Positions 24,113 through 37,449 of a stretch of DNA of 64,000 nucleotides are shown here, in pieces. This DNA comes from Lama glama (taxonomy: Eukaryota). Made by a program: the position numbers and the translations under genes. Location: NCBI GenBank assembly GCA_028534125.1, contig CM052818.1, forward strand, positions 28,770,001 to 28,834,000, read 5' to 3'. Positions within the stretch are counted from its first letter, which is position 1; each line of letters starts with the position of its first letter. Below the pieces are notes generated by a model. It worked only from the letters and a program-made list of their open reading frames with translations. It made no database searches and had not been told where the DNA came from.

Positions 24113-25030
24113 GGGCCCAGCTATATAATTTTTAGGAACTTGTGCAAATTTAAAATGCAGAGTCCTCTGTTCAAAAATCAACAGGAAAATGCTGACAAAG
24201 GTATTACAACAAAAAGATTTTCTTTTCTTCATGGTCACTCTTTCACTTGTCATGGTGTTTTTCATTTGCTACTTAATGTTATTCTAAGTGAAGAAAAATT
24301 AATTTTAAAACATTTAAGCATAAATTCTATTTCTATCTTTATATTGCACAATGCTGGCTTAAAATGAAGACATAAGAGCACTTATCTACATGATCATCAA
24401 AATTACACAATTCATATGTCTCACAGGACATAGGTGCATATGTATTTCTTTCTTGCTAGAACAAAGAAAGCAATGTGCAAAAATAATTCAACTGTTTTTA
24501 CTTCTACCAGTGTTCTTCATCTTTAGCTTACTAATGAATAAGGGTGGACAGGAAAAGGAATGAGGAGCTCTTTCCTTTTCTTTTTATGTCATTATTTTCA
24601 GCATAAGTGGTTGGCTAATACAAGGAAGTAACATGAGTAAGAAAGAATATAAGATTTTTGGTCATTGTGTTTCTTAGAATGTCATTGCTTTCTTTCTGCC
24701 TTTAAAAAAGTTCTGGTTTGAACAAAAATTGTGGTCTCTTGGGACTCTCAGCATTCTCACTTAGCCAGTCATAGACATAATATACTTACCTGGACTTGAT
24801 TTGAGTCTCGCTGATCTCCCACGCATTTGGGTCCACTAGAATTCTTGGACATGGGGCATTGCAAATGTTATGTACTTACGCAGCAGCAAGAAACAGAGAG
24901 ATCGCACATATTATGTGCACCTCTTCTGCTCAGATGCATGCTTAAAATTATCAGCAATAAAAAGAAATTATTAAGAATTTTAAGGCAGCATAACATTAAA
25001 CCAAGCATGGGCTTGTTCAGATCATGGTGG
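24113..25030 (-). mobile_element. hAT/Tip100 DNA transposon, MER45C-like
   Basis: Reversed MER45 ends 'ggcccagctatataatttttagga...gtgcaaatttaaaatgcagagtcctctgttcaaaa' and 'attattaagaattttaaggcagcataacattaaaccaagcatggg'. Confidence 0.75.
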
Positions 25031-25034
25031 CTTA

Positions 25035-25260
25035 ATAGCAGTGCCAGGCACTACTCTAAGAACAAGTAATTAAACTTTCAAAACAACTCTATGAGGTTAT
25101 CACTATAATTATCTCCCATTACAGAATGAGGAAACAGGCACAGAGAGGTTAAGTAGCTCATTCAAGTATTATTAAGATCTAATAAGTGGCAGAGCTGGGA
25201 TTTGAACGCAGGCTTTTAAGCTCAAGATACATCGATCTTAACCAACACACAGTGTTGCTT
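25035..25260 (-). mobile_element. MIR SINE
   Basis: 'aacaactctatgaggtt...cccattacagaatgaggaaacaggcacagagaggttaagta...taagtggcagagctgggatttgaacgcagg'. Confidence 0.85.
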
Positions 25261-27023
25261 CTCCTAAAGGCATTCATTTTAAATGTAGTCCCAAGTTTCT
25301 TTGTTCCCTTCTTCCTTATATTTTAAAAATATAAAAGGCAGGTCACATTCATCATTAAGAAAAAAAACCCACAGATACTTTGGGCTTTTATTGCCACTGA
25401 CTATAGTTTACATTAGCAGATATAATGAATAATAATAGTTATCACTGAGTACTTGCTATGGGCATAGCAATTTGATGAGGTAGTTGCAGTTATTATCTGT
25501 GCTTACAGATAAGGACATAGAAGTTTAGAGAAATTAAGTAACCTTTGTCAAACTCAGGCAGTAAGTGAGTTAGGATTTGACCTCAGACAATTTTACAACA
25601 ACATCCAGGGGCTTACATACTTTGTCATAGCACTATAATTTTCCTGATGTCCATTTTAATGGTGCCAGGGTAAGCAACTGGGACCAGACCTATCTGGAAA
25701 GAGTTTATTTCTACCAGATTTCTTTGCAATCCCACAGATTCAAAATTAGAAGTAAAATTCAATTGTAAGAAGTAAAATGTTTGACATTCAAACGTGTATA
25801 AATTTGCTGTTTTCCTTTAAGAGATTTTTCTCTGTTTGAAGAAAGTTCAAATAGATATAGCCTAGAACGAAATGACAGAAATATAAAAGAAGCCACAAGA
25901 GTTTAGGATGCTGCCCTTGGAGAAACTGTTATCACTAACTGATAACCTCTAAGCAAACAGAGGTAGTAATTGGATGAGCTCTCATAATTGAATCCAACAG
26001 AGAAAGGAAGCTCAAGTCCTGGCCTTGTTTCTGATGTCCATTAACACTACATAATTCTTTGGACAACCTTGAGATCAAAAGAGACGAGCGTAAAACTGGA
26101 AAGCTCCCAGATCAGTCTCAAAAAGAGTTCTTTTTCTATTCAGAAGCTGCTTTCAGATAGGGTAACTGTTACAGTAGATCACATAATTAAATAACAAAAG
26201 CATAATCAGAATAACAATCTCCAAAAAATATTACTAAATTAAGTGACATAAAAAAGGAATGAAAGCCTAAAGAAGTAATTTTGGTTTAGGACATAAAATT
26301 AACTGAGGAACTGAGGGACTGTTAAACTCCAGAAACCTTGTGCAATGATGAAAGACTTAAATTCCTGGCACATTTTCAAGGCACATAAAGGAAAATTAGG
26401 ACTGTTCTTCCTAACAGATTTTTAATTACAAGGGCACTTTATTCAAAAGTAGCTGAATTCTTTTACCCTCCATTGTATATTCTGCAATTAACTGAAGATC
26501 CATCAATGAACACTTGGTTCTCCTACTGCTGTTCACCTAAAGGGAATCAACAAAATAACTAAAGACCTAAACTCATATTAAAAAGAAGTAAATAAAAGGA
26601 CACAAAAGCACATTTTCTAGTGGAAAAAAAAAGCATTCATTTTATTCCCTATTCCTTTAATGGGACCACACAGCTCCTATTTTATTTTTTTTTTAAACAG
26701 AAGCTATCTTTACTTGAGTTCCTTCAGGGAAGGAAAAAAAAAAAAAAGAGCCAGAGACAAAGGATTACATCCAATAATTTAGTAGGCAGTTTGACGAAGG
26801 TGTCACGCATGAGGAATAGGGAACTGAAAAAGAGAATAAGAGAGAAGAATACAAGAATGTACTACGGAGTTGGTCACTGCTACTATGGGGAAAATGGTGC
26901 TCTAACTGAAAGGATCGAATGAGAAGTCATTAGAAATACATCTTAGGACGTGTGTATACCTGGGAAAAAAAGTGAGACATTTATCCATTGGTACTTATTC
27001 ATTGGTCAAAGGACTCTCCACTG

Positions 27024-27055
<32 letters not shown>

Positions 27056-27058
27056 ACA
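27024..27058. repeat. (CA)n microsatellite, interrupted
   Basis: Directly visible. Confidence 0.95.
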
Positions 27059-27369
27059 TCAAGATCAACACTTAAAGAGTGTTAAGTGGGTTCCTGTGGA
27101 TGTTGCACACCCTTGTGAAAGAGAAGATGGAAGTCAGGCAGCAAAAGGCATGCGATTGGCAGACCTGAGACGGGTGCTGTCAGAGTATTCCTGCATGAGG
27201 CTGGGTAAAGACAAAATGGTAAAGGCCCTGGGGTTCATTTCTACCTTTAATTTAATTGTCCCCAGCATCATAACCTCTTGGTTCTAGAAAAGTTTGGCAA
27301 AACAAAGGTAAGTTATGGAAAAGCTCCATCCACTCAGGACCAGCTGAGAGTTTGGCTCAAACACTTTTA

Positions 27370-29690
27370 AAACTTTTTATACACATCATCATAGAATTCT
27401 GATTTTACACACATGAATAAATATGATCATATCATGCACCCCTTTTCATTTCTAATGTATACTTTATGTTTTTGTTTCTCCCCTTGTTCCCCACTCCATC
27501 CACATAACTCCCTTCCTGCCTCCTCCCCAAGTTAACAACCTAAATGTATCCTTTCATATTTTTTCTCCATGCTCATGTAGTCATGTACACATTCTCATAT
27601 ACACATACATATGTATATACACACATATCCATATCTAGGCTTTAGCAATACATTACAAAAATGGGATAATATAGAGCATTTTAGCTATTGTTTTTCTATG
27701 CAATTTCATAGAAATCCTTCAAAGTACTTAGCATAACCCTCATTCATTGTTTTGGGCAGTTTGAAAGCACAGTAATTTATTTATCCATTTTATTATTGAT
27801 GGACTTGTCACGACTCTGAATAATGCTGATGTAAACAAACTTCTAAATAATCCTTATGGACTTAAAGTTTCCTTTGTATAGAACAGATTAACAGGAGAGG
27901 GATTACTGTGCCATAAGCACAGACGTATTTTTTTATAGATGTTGAAGGGATTGCTTTCGTATTTCTTTTCAGCATTTTATAAGCATGTCAATCTTCCCAC
28001 GCCCAGGCAGCAAAAGATTTTATGTTCATTTCAATATTTTCCAGTCTGAAGAGTAAAAAGTGAAATCTATTACTTTACCTTTTCCTGCCTACTAATATGT
28101 GTATGCATCTTTTCATGTATTTTTGACCATGCAGATTTTCACTGGTGTAAATATTATTTTCATACTCGTTGCTACTTTTCTATCATTTACATCATTCTCA
28201 TCGTTTTTTGAGTCTCTAATTTCCTCTAATTTATAAATTTTTTTCAAATGTATTGTTGGTTTATTCACTTCCTTTGTGGTATCTTTGCCATAATGAAAAC
28301 TTCTAAATTATATACACTTAGTTCTCACTTTTCTTATGTAACTTCTGAGTATTAGTATCCTTCCCTTGACTCTATAATGTTCACATGGTTTTCTAGGGTT
28401 TTCTTACAAGACTTTTATTCTATTTATAACTTTTAAATATCTAAACCAGCTGGAGATTATTTTAATATAGGATGAGAAAGAGGTCCATTTTTAAATTTTT
28501 TCTTTGTGGACAGCTAGTTGTACTTTGTGAAATAACCCTTTGCCTTTATTTACTGAATAATGCATTTATTAAATAATTATTTTCTTCTATATTGAAACCT
28601 TACCGTTGTTTTATGTTAAATGTTCATATATATCAGGATCTACTTTTGGATTGTCTCAACCTTCCATGTTTTCCATTTTGTCTATTCTTATGGCCATACC
28701 ATAATGGTGTATGAGCATAATGATTTATGAGCAGAAGCTTTCTATTTAGTACTAAATGTTCTGATTCTCTAAGGCAAGTCACTTCTCACTATCACTCCTT
28801 GGGCATTCTTGAAGAATCACTCTTATCAGATTACTTTATTAAGTATATTTTATTTTATTAAGTTCTTTATGCAAGTCTTATCCCTTTTTGTTAACTTTAT
28901 TACTAAATAATGTGTTGATATTTTGCTACTGAGAATAGACTATCCCATTTCTATTTTTTTAGGTACTAAGCTCAACTGCTCTACTTTAGACTTGGCTTTG
29001 CTCCAAATTATATTTCTCCCAAACCCCTTCCTTACATACATATAGGTTGGAGTTGACCAAAAATGAAGTTGCATAAAATTTTGGAGGCATAAACAAAGCA
29101 GCAGCCATTAGGCTCTGAACAGAGGTGCAAGCGGTTTTCAGTTTGTATTTGTTTTTCCCAGGCTCTCCTCCCTGACCACTGGTCCTACTGGAGAACAGTT
29201 GCCTGCCACCAGCATTTCACTGTGAACTCACAGAGGCAACAGCCGTGAAAAGCCAACCATCATCTATTGGCATTTACACACTCTTCTATGGACTTCTATA
29301 CCAGGTTTCTTCATGGTTCTAATTAAAGTGACCAGACACACCTATCGTCCAAACATGCAAGCTAGAAAAAACCTGCACCAGGATTGGTTAGCCATTTTTC
29401 TCTGCCTTTTTGATTCTCCTTTTGAAAGCTTTACTTTCCAAGTTCTCCATACAATGAAAAATGTTAAATTCCTGTAATAAATTTCTTCTTCCATAATATT
29501 CTTAGTACTTCCACTTCCCTGATAGAAGCACAACTAATACTACAGAGTAAGTATGATTTTTGAATGTTTATATTATACTGAACCACTTTACCAAATTATC
29601 TTATCAATTACCTTTGCAACATATCTTATGTTTCCTAGTATACATTATTTTTTTTAAGCAGTGTTGTTTTTTCAGTGTTATTAGTGTCTT
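27370..29690 (-). mobile_element. Ancient L1ME-type LINE (3' UTR and ORF2), split by an LTR
   Basis: T-rich degenerate L1 antisense text such as 'ttatccattttattattgatggac', 'catcttttcatgtatttttgaccat' and 'cagctggagattattttaatataggatgagaaagagg'. Resumes after ~29545. Confidence 0.65.
28963..29543 (+). mobile_element. ERVL solo LTR, LTR41-like, nested in L1ME
   Basis: Compositional break inside the L1. 3' end 'cctgtaataaatttcttcttccataatattcttagtacttccacttccctgatagaagcacaactaatac' resembles LTR41. Confidence 0.6.
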
Positions 29691-30521
29691 TCTTCCTATG
29701 CATGTATATGCATTTGTAAGGGTGTGAGTGTGTGTGTGTATAAAGGTGGTGTGGTGGTGGTGATGAAGCGTTCTTTAGGAATGAAAGACAAGGGAATATG
29801 ATCCTTAACTATCATATACTGTAACTAGAATGAAGATATTTCTGTTACTGGGTAAAGATTGTGGTTTTCTGAGAAGCTCTGTCTACCAATAAGCATAGCT
29901 AATAAATCTGGGATAAATCTCAGCTGGAGATCAAGAATCTCCACTGCAAGACACTCAGACTCTTTAGAATTTCTTCAGGAAAGCCTACTCTCAGAGAAGT
30001 GCATGATTTTCTCTAGACAAAGGAATTCACATTTCCTTGGAAACCATATCGCTGGTCCCAGCAACTCTTCTCATCTAATGCCTAACAGCACTTGCCTTCT
30101 GCTCCTAAATGACACAAGATTCTCCTGAATAAAGCAGCATTTGGACTTCCTCATCTTTCTTATTCCATCTACATAATTATCAAATAATTCTAATTCAATA
30201 CTTTGTAAAAAAAAATACTTTGTGATTAGTCTTTTGCATCTTATTTTAAGTGGTAACAGACCATGATCATAACCATGAAAAAAAAAATCCTTTCAGTCTA
30301 TTAACAATCTCCTGACTAATGGGGAAATGTAATCTCAAGAGACTGGAAGAGGATAGGAGAAGGTTTCATATTTGGCTGCCCTGGAAAATCTGAAATAGAT
30401 TTGTGGTCTTGTAATTTAAGCTGAGAAATTTCTTATCTGCAAAAGTGAGGAAGAGAAGGAACAGGAGGAAAAGGAGGAGGAGGGGAAAGAGGGAAAAAGA
30501 AGAAGGAGAAGTAGTAGTGAG

Positions 30522-30995
30522 GTATAACAGTGAGGTTTTAATCAGAAAAACAGAAATCACTTCAGAGTTTAAGTCAGGGAATTGTTTACACAGGTGATGG
30601 AGGAGCTGAGAAGTCAAGGAAATCCCAAAATTAGCAACAGCAAAAATCCACTATACCCTAGAGCTGGAGAGACAAAAGGAAGAAGTGATTGTTACCTGAA
30701 CCCTAAGGCCAGGGACATGAGACAGAAACCAGAACATGACAGACCCATTATTAGGAGGGAACTGAAGTCATGGAGGGTCCCAGTCTAGTCAGAGATGCCG
30801 CTAGAAGCAGAATGGGAAGAGAAGTTTTTCCTCCCCGTGTTCCATATTGCCACCAAAACTTATTTTCGGTGAACAGAGTTGGAAGTCAGCTGATATGAAG
30901 CCTATGATACACAGCCTACAGGTGTCAGGTTCCCTGTGGCACAGAAAAGTACATGAGGAGAGCAGAGACTGCATCTGAGAAATGTATCTGACAGG
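30522..30995 (-). mobile_element. Ancient ERVL-type solo LTR (LTR33/LTR50-like)
   Basis: 'aatcagaaaaacagaaatcac...cagggaattgtttacacaggtgatggaggagctgagaagtcaa...attagcaacagca'. Confidence 0.55.
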
Positions 30996-33334
30996 CTCAG
31001 GAATAGTACCTAAAATCTGAACCCCAGCTGGATTCAAGCCAACCTTATTACCCTGATGCTTGGGGTGTCTGATGCACAGCTACGGTCCAGATCAAGAAAC
31101 TAGAAAAAAGGTGACAAAGTAGCTACTAATGAGAAAATTTCACTTCTAAATGTATATACACAAAATAGAGAGGAAGGGAAAAGATTCAGCAGTACCTGCT
31201 GAGGGGAATTACTATAGTAAGACTCAAATGCCAATGAATAATTGAACACAAGCACCTGGGAAACTGTTAAATTCAGGTGGATGATGAAAAGAGAGGACTA
31301 TAAGGACTAAACTGGCAATGACCCCTGGGAAGTAAAGGGGACAAGGTAAGATTGTTTGAGGAGAATTAGTTGCTTTCTGTGTTGGCTGAATTGTCCAGGG
31401 GACAAGATAAGGGTGAGCTTCCTAGAAAAGCTGAGGAATAGAACTGTTTTTGTTCAGTTTTATTTAGTCTCAAAATCTCAGTTGTTCCATCATCCTGAAC
31501 ATGTCCAGTGTATACAAGTCTGAAAGAATGAATAAAAGGATTTTACCAGTGATGACCCCTAATGACACCACAAAAAAACCTCTCTCCATCTTAACTTAAA
31601 ACTAGTTAACTGTTAGTGCCTTTCATAATTTCATCTACCCCAGGTTATTAATCTACTTGGCAGACTGTGAACACAAAAGTGTATTTTTACATTACTGGTT
31701 TCAAATTGTATAGAATCCTGACACCATCACTGAGACACTTGTGTTGTTGATTTCTTTTTAAGAAGATTCCTCAATTTTAACAAACTTCAACTGATATCCA
31801 TTCATACTTTAATTTGAGAACCACTATATCTAGGGCTCTCTAGAGGTCCCATTGGGGCTACCACAGATGGAAGGAGCAAGAAAGGGAATAACAAGAATAA
31901 AAATTTCCAATTCTCCACCCCTTTCCCCTTAGCAGTTCTACACACTGGGCTTCCACTAAAATTTCACTGGAAGAATTTTTGCTTGTGGGGTACATACAGA
32001 AGAAGAAAAAATACATATATAGTATATGTAGATGATATGTTTAAGAATATTAAAAATCATGTATCTATAGAATACTTTTTCATTAATCTGTGTCCATTTC
32101 AATGAATCTTTCACTTTTATCTTGTTACTTGTCTAAGATCTTCTCTATTCTTCCAGGTCAGACTCAATGCTTCATTACCTGACAGCTTCCAATCCATCCT
32201 AGCAAGCTGCTAGGTATCTTCAGAAAACTCACTGTTTCGTAGCTTTCAGAAGACATGTATTTTCCTGCTTCAGTGTTCTGGCCTCTATTTACTTTCCATG
32301 ATTTCTCACAGATTACTGACAGTCTATGCCATTCAGGATGTCAACAGCAGTGAGCCCCTGCACTGGGCAAGGCAGCGACCAGGCATCATCTAGCACTTCA
32401 AAATTAAATTAGTCAAGAATGTGCAACGTTGTTTAATACCTGTGTTAGTCTATACACATCTGAAAGGTTGAATACATTTCTTCTTTTGCCTTTGGCTTAT
32501 ATTTCTTCAAAGCCATTTTGTCAAGTCTCTTTGAGAAAGAAATGAGAAGAAAACTAGAGTTGAAGTTGAATAACTGATCTTTCTCTTAGTCATTTGTAAA
32601 CATTATATCAATACCCAAACACAGTATGTCTAGACTGTTTTTTATTAATCTTCTTATTGCAAATATGCCTTTAAAAATTTTATACAGCTTTGATATTATT
32701 TTGTATTTTAAACTTTTGAAAACATTTCTTATACTCTTTGGTATTGCAGCTTTGTTATATGCCATCATTTCATTCTTTCTTCATGAATAAATGTGTGCAT
32801 TAATGTATTAATAAATATTTGTGCCAGATTATCATATGCTAGTACAATTCAGTAACAAAAGTATATCATCACATTTCCAACTTTCTACAAATACATAATG
32901 TTACCAAAATATATAATTTTTATATATTCTAAGCTGAAAAAAGACATCACAAAACAGTATGACATTTTTTAAAGATTTTTAAAATCTTTTCAAGGAAAAA
33001 GTCATGGGCTTAAAAAAAAACGAAAGATTGAAGCTTTCATTTGCAGAAGTGATTCATGTGAGAACATAAACAGAAAGAAAAAAAGTAAGGAAATTGGAAT
33101 AGAATTAAAGGAAATCAAAAAAACAAAGAAAAGGAATCTATACAGATTGCATTACAAAAATGATGGGGGAAAAGAGGAGGTCAATAGAAGTTTTAAGAGA
33201 AAAAGATTAGGGAACATGCTATCCCCTAATTAAAAAGAAGGAATTAAATAATACACATTTTTAAGATCTGTCTCAGGAGCAAAGAGAGTAACAGTGAGCA
33301 AATGCTGGTTTGCCAATCCAATAAAGAGAGGACT

Positions 33335-33535
33335 GAGGTATAGAGTCAGGAGTCCTGTGTTTGACCCAAACTTTACCACTTACTAGCTATGTTAACTTTG
33401 GGCCAGTTGTTTAATCTTTCTTAGGTTAATAACCTTAAATTCTGCATTTAGACAGTGGAAATTATACTTGCTTTATGTGTGCAGTGAGGATTGAATAAGG
33501 GCAATAAACATGAAGTTGCTTTGTAGACTTTAAAG
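33335..33535 (+). mobile_element. MIR SINE
   Basis: 'gagtcaggagtcctgtgtttgacccaaactttaccacttactagctatgttaactttgggccagttgtttaatct'. Confidence 0.75.
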
Positions 33536-34098
33536 ACCTTCCCAAATACGAGGGACCACAACTCATAAGCACAATTATTGTAAAAATCAGAACTTGTAGC
33601 ATCAAAAGTTAGCATATTTTTCATGAAGTGTAATTCATGCAAGATTATTCAACCAAGATTAATTGAACACATATTATACACCTGTGACTGTGCTAAGTGC
33701 TGGGTATATGAAGATGAACCATACATAGTTCTACACTATGATAAATGAAACCTCTGAGGAATGAACAAAGTAGCACAAAGTGGGGACAGGCTAGTTTCGG
33801 ATAGAAAGTGACACTTAAAACTGGCTTGTTGAAGCCCCTATAAACAGGTTTTGACTACTGTTATCAATGGAGTTTCTATAAAATTGAAATGACTCAGGTA
33901 TAAGTAAAAAGTGGTAACAGTGGTAAGAACTGTGAATTTTTAAATTATTAACTGTGTGAATAATCGTATTTTAAAATTTAGATATGGAGGCTAAGCCCTC
34001 ATATTACTTTTTATTGTTTTAATTGAAGTATAATAAATTTAGAATGTCATGGGGCTCTCGGCTCACTTCTTTGTCTTCTTTCAGAGTTATAAAAATTA

Positions 34099-34544
34099 TT
34101 TTTTTTAATTGAAGTATAGTTGATTTACAGTGTTGTGTTAGTTTCTAGTATACAGCAAAGTGATTCAGTTATACACATATATATTCTTTTTCATGTTTTC
34201 ATTATAGATTATTATATTGAATATAGTTCCCTGTATTATACAGTAAGGCCTTGTTATTTATGTATTTTATATAGAATAGTTTGCATCTGCTAGTCCCAAA
34301 CTCCTAATTTATCCCTTCCCCCTTTTGGTAACCATAAATTCGGTTTCTTTGTCTGTGAGTTTCTTTCTGTTTTGTAAATAAGTTCATTTGCATCATTTTT
34401 TAGATTTCACATATAAGTGAAAATACCATATGGTATTTGTCTTCCTCTGTCTGACTTATTTCACTTAGTATGATAATCTCTAGGTCCATCCATGTTGATG
34501 TAAATGGTATTATTTCATTCTTTTTTATGGTTGAGTAGTATTCC

Positions 34545-34589
<45 letters not shown>

Positions 34590-34833
34590 ACATCATATCT
34601 CTTTTATCCAATCATCTGTTGATGGATATTTAGGTTGCTTCTTGGCTATTGTAAATAGTACTGCTGTGAACATTGGGGTGCATGTATCTTTTCAAATTAG
34701 AGTTTTCTCTGGATATATGCCCAGGAATGGGATTGCTAGATCATATGGTAACTCTATTTTTTTTTTTAAAGGAATCTCCTTACTGCTTTCCATAGTGGCT
34801 GCACCAAATTACATTCCCACCAACAGTGTAGGA
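34099..34833 (-). mobile_element. 5'-truncated cetartiodactyl L1 (ORF2 C-terminus, 3' UTR, poly-A) with internal (TG)n at 34547-34586
   Basis: Minus ORF 34400-34591 encodes the L1 ORF2 C-terminus (EYYSTIKKNEIIPFTSTWMDLEIIILSEISQTEEDKYHM). 3' end 'ttttaattgaagtatagttgatttacagtgttgtgttagtttc'. Confidence 0.93.
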
Positions 34834-35702
34834 GTACACCACTGACATTCTTAAACAAGGACTATAGGTTTGTTTGGGTTTGTTTTTTGCTCCAAAGCCT
34901 GTTAAGAACTGCACAGAACATAATGCATATACACAAATGGTTGGTCATATAGTTGAGCACTTAGTGAACTAAAGAGAAACCATACACTGACTGAGAGAAA
35001 GCAGGGACATATTATGAAATTCTTAGAATACATTTTTATAAAGCAAACCATGGTATTTTCTTTAAAAGCAGATAGACACTGAAAGATAAACATTATTTAA
35101 ATATGAGAAATACATATCCCATCATGCCAACAATGAGAAGGTTGGGAGTAAAATTAAGTTGACAGAGGGAACAAATTAAGATTGTTCATTTATCTCCTTA
35201 AAGCATGTGATCCATAGAAAACATACTGAGTTCAAGAGCTGCCTCAGGTTAAGATGGAAAGAGATTATGGATGGACAAGCCATTAAATATTAGACACAGT
35301 TTATACAAATGACATGACACAAATATCAATAGGTTCTAAATACCTCAACAGCACCTTCAAAAAAGCTGGAATCTGAATAAACCAACCATGGTCAAAATAT
35401 CAAAACAGACAGAAAGGACAGAACTGTATTAATAATATAAAGATGAAAGGGGAACCAGTGAGAATGGTTATTACACACTTTGTAGAGGAAATAGCTGCTC
35501 CTGAAAAAAAAAAAAGAACAGAAATAAACAATAAAAGAACTAAACTCGTATTTATTTTGAAGTTACCCCTACTAGAGTCATTTCCCTTTAATCTACCAGC
35601 TTCCATTTCCCCATGCAGTAATTGCATGTTGATTTCCTTGGGTACCCTGCTTTTCCAACCCTGATCCTATGTTAGTTTGGACTCCTGCATTTCAGGATAC
35701 TT

Positions 35703-36163
35703 TGTTAGGTTGTGTTCTCCCAGAAGTCCATCCTGAGCCATGGATCTGAGTGCAAATGATTCATTAAGGAAACGTTTCCCAGATAAATCAGCAAGAAAGT
35801 GGGAGCAAGACATCAAAGGAGAGGAAATCAAACAAGTATATAATTACAGGTGAAGTTCCAGCATCAGTCTGATGCCAGAGACAGCGATGAGTATTAATCA
35901 CAAATGAAGAGTTTCTTTTGCCCCTTGGCAAGGAGCTGGGTTTTTATGTCCCATACCAGTCTAGTCAGTGGCTGGGTCTACTCCCAGACATCTGGCTTCC
36001 CCATGACGTGTCTCTCTATAAGCTAGGGTAGCTCAGGGCAACATCATGGATACTGAAGTTGTAAGGCAATAGCAGAAAAGACATAGAGATGAAGGATGAT
36101 CTCAAAGGACCTGTAAAGTAGATCTGGGGGCATCTTCTCAGGGCACCAACATTCTCCACTACA
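35703..36163 (-). mobile_element. ERVL solo LTR, LTR16-like
   Basis: 'tgttaggttgtgttctcccagaag...cctgagccatggatctgagtgcaaatgattcattaagga...ggcaccaacattctccactaca'. Confidence 0.65.
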
Positions 36164-36219
36164 GATGAACACATGAAATAAATCTGGCCAATGCCATATT
36201 CCTTACCTCTGGACATAAT

Positions 36220-36560
36220 GAATGCTTTTGTAATAGCATGTGGCCAAAGGCTATCTAATCAGACAGTTGAGAAGCACCCAAAGAAGGATGCAGAGAGATT
36301 CAATCTAAGTCTGGAGCTTTTGGCATTCAGTCATTTTCCCACCATAAAGAGAAAACCTGCCTGAGAATGAAACAACTTGAAGAGGGAATCCGAGTAAAGA
36401 GATAGTGAGCACAAGGCTTTTTTTTGGTGATATATATTTGAACCATTCCATCACCTGGTATGAAATCTAAAGCAGAGTTTTTTCCTAGCTGTTAATCAAT
36501 TCCTTTTTTATGCTGGAGCTAGTTTGAGTTGGTTTTTCTTACTGAAATGAAAACAGTTAT
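36220..36560 (+). mobile_element. Old MaLR LTR fragment (MLT1H-K-like)
   Basis: 'cctgcctgagaatgaaacaac...tcaattcctttttta...gctagtttgagttggtttttcttactgaaatgaaaacagt'. Confidence 0.55.
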
Positions 36561-37449
36561 ATTTTAATCACTATTAATAAGGTAACACTACTGAATCATT
36601 TTCTGAAGCCTGAATCCACTTCCATTTACTCTATGAAATCTGTGAGTCTGATGTAAAAAATCTACATGTATAATCCTACTGAAGGGAGCTGTTATTATGG
36701 TCCTGTGAAAGAAAAGTAGCAATTTAGAAGGAAGACTGCATCTTTCACAATCAGGATGACTAGCTATGATCAAAACAGAACTATCTTACAATTTTATGTT
36801 TTTGTTTACTCTATGAAGGTTGAAGGAGAAAAACAAATGATGGCCAATTTTTCAGTTCCTCCTCTCCATACTGAAAGATAGATGATTAGGAAGAGCTTCA
36901 GAAAAGACACGGTAAAATTTACACTATAAAGGGAAAATGCTGAGCAACTTCCCCCTCCCAAAAAAGAAAAGACTGAAAAATGAAATACACCAGTGAAATT
37001 GGTAACTCAAGTTTAGGAAAATTTAAAAGATCAAAATATAGATAAAAGATAAAGTATAAATCTCCTTATGGTATGTTTTCATTCAATCATATACTTATTT
37101 ATTTACTCATCTGGTAAATATTAGTTAGAGTAACTAACTATATCTCAGGCATTGTATTAGGTATTGGGGATACAGAAAATGTTCGTAACTTCATGAAGCA
37201 ATTATCTTTCTTCCTTTTCTTCTTTTTTTCTTCCCTTTCCTCATCATTCACTAATAAACTCTTCCCAGCACAATATGTGGCACATAGCAACTGTTCTATA
37301 AATGTTCAAATGAAGAAATCAGTATCTTAGGGCTAAAAACTATTTAAAAGAATATAAACAAATTTTAAACAAATAAATAGGTGAAAAAATAAAGAATACA
37401 AGTCAAGACAAGTAGGTCAAGAGAAAATAATGAAAATGCTATTTTTTTA

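Noticed and set aside
24782..24793. Match to the 5' end of U1 snRNA (ATACTTACCTGG)
   Set aside because: Similarity stops after 12 nt (no CAGGGGAGATACC), so it is not a U1 gene or pseudogene.
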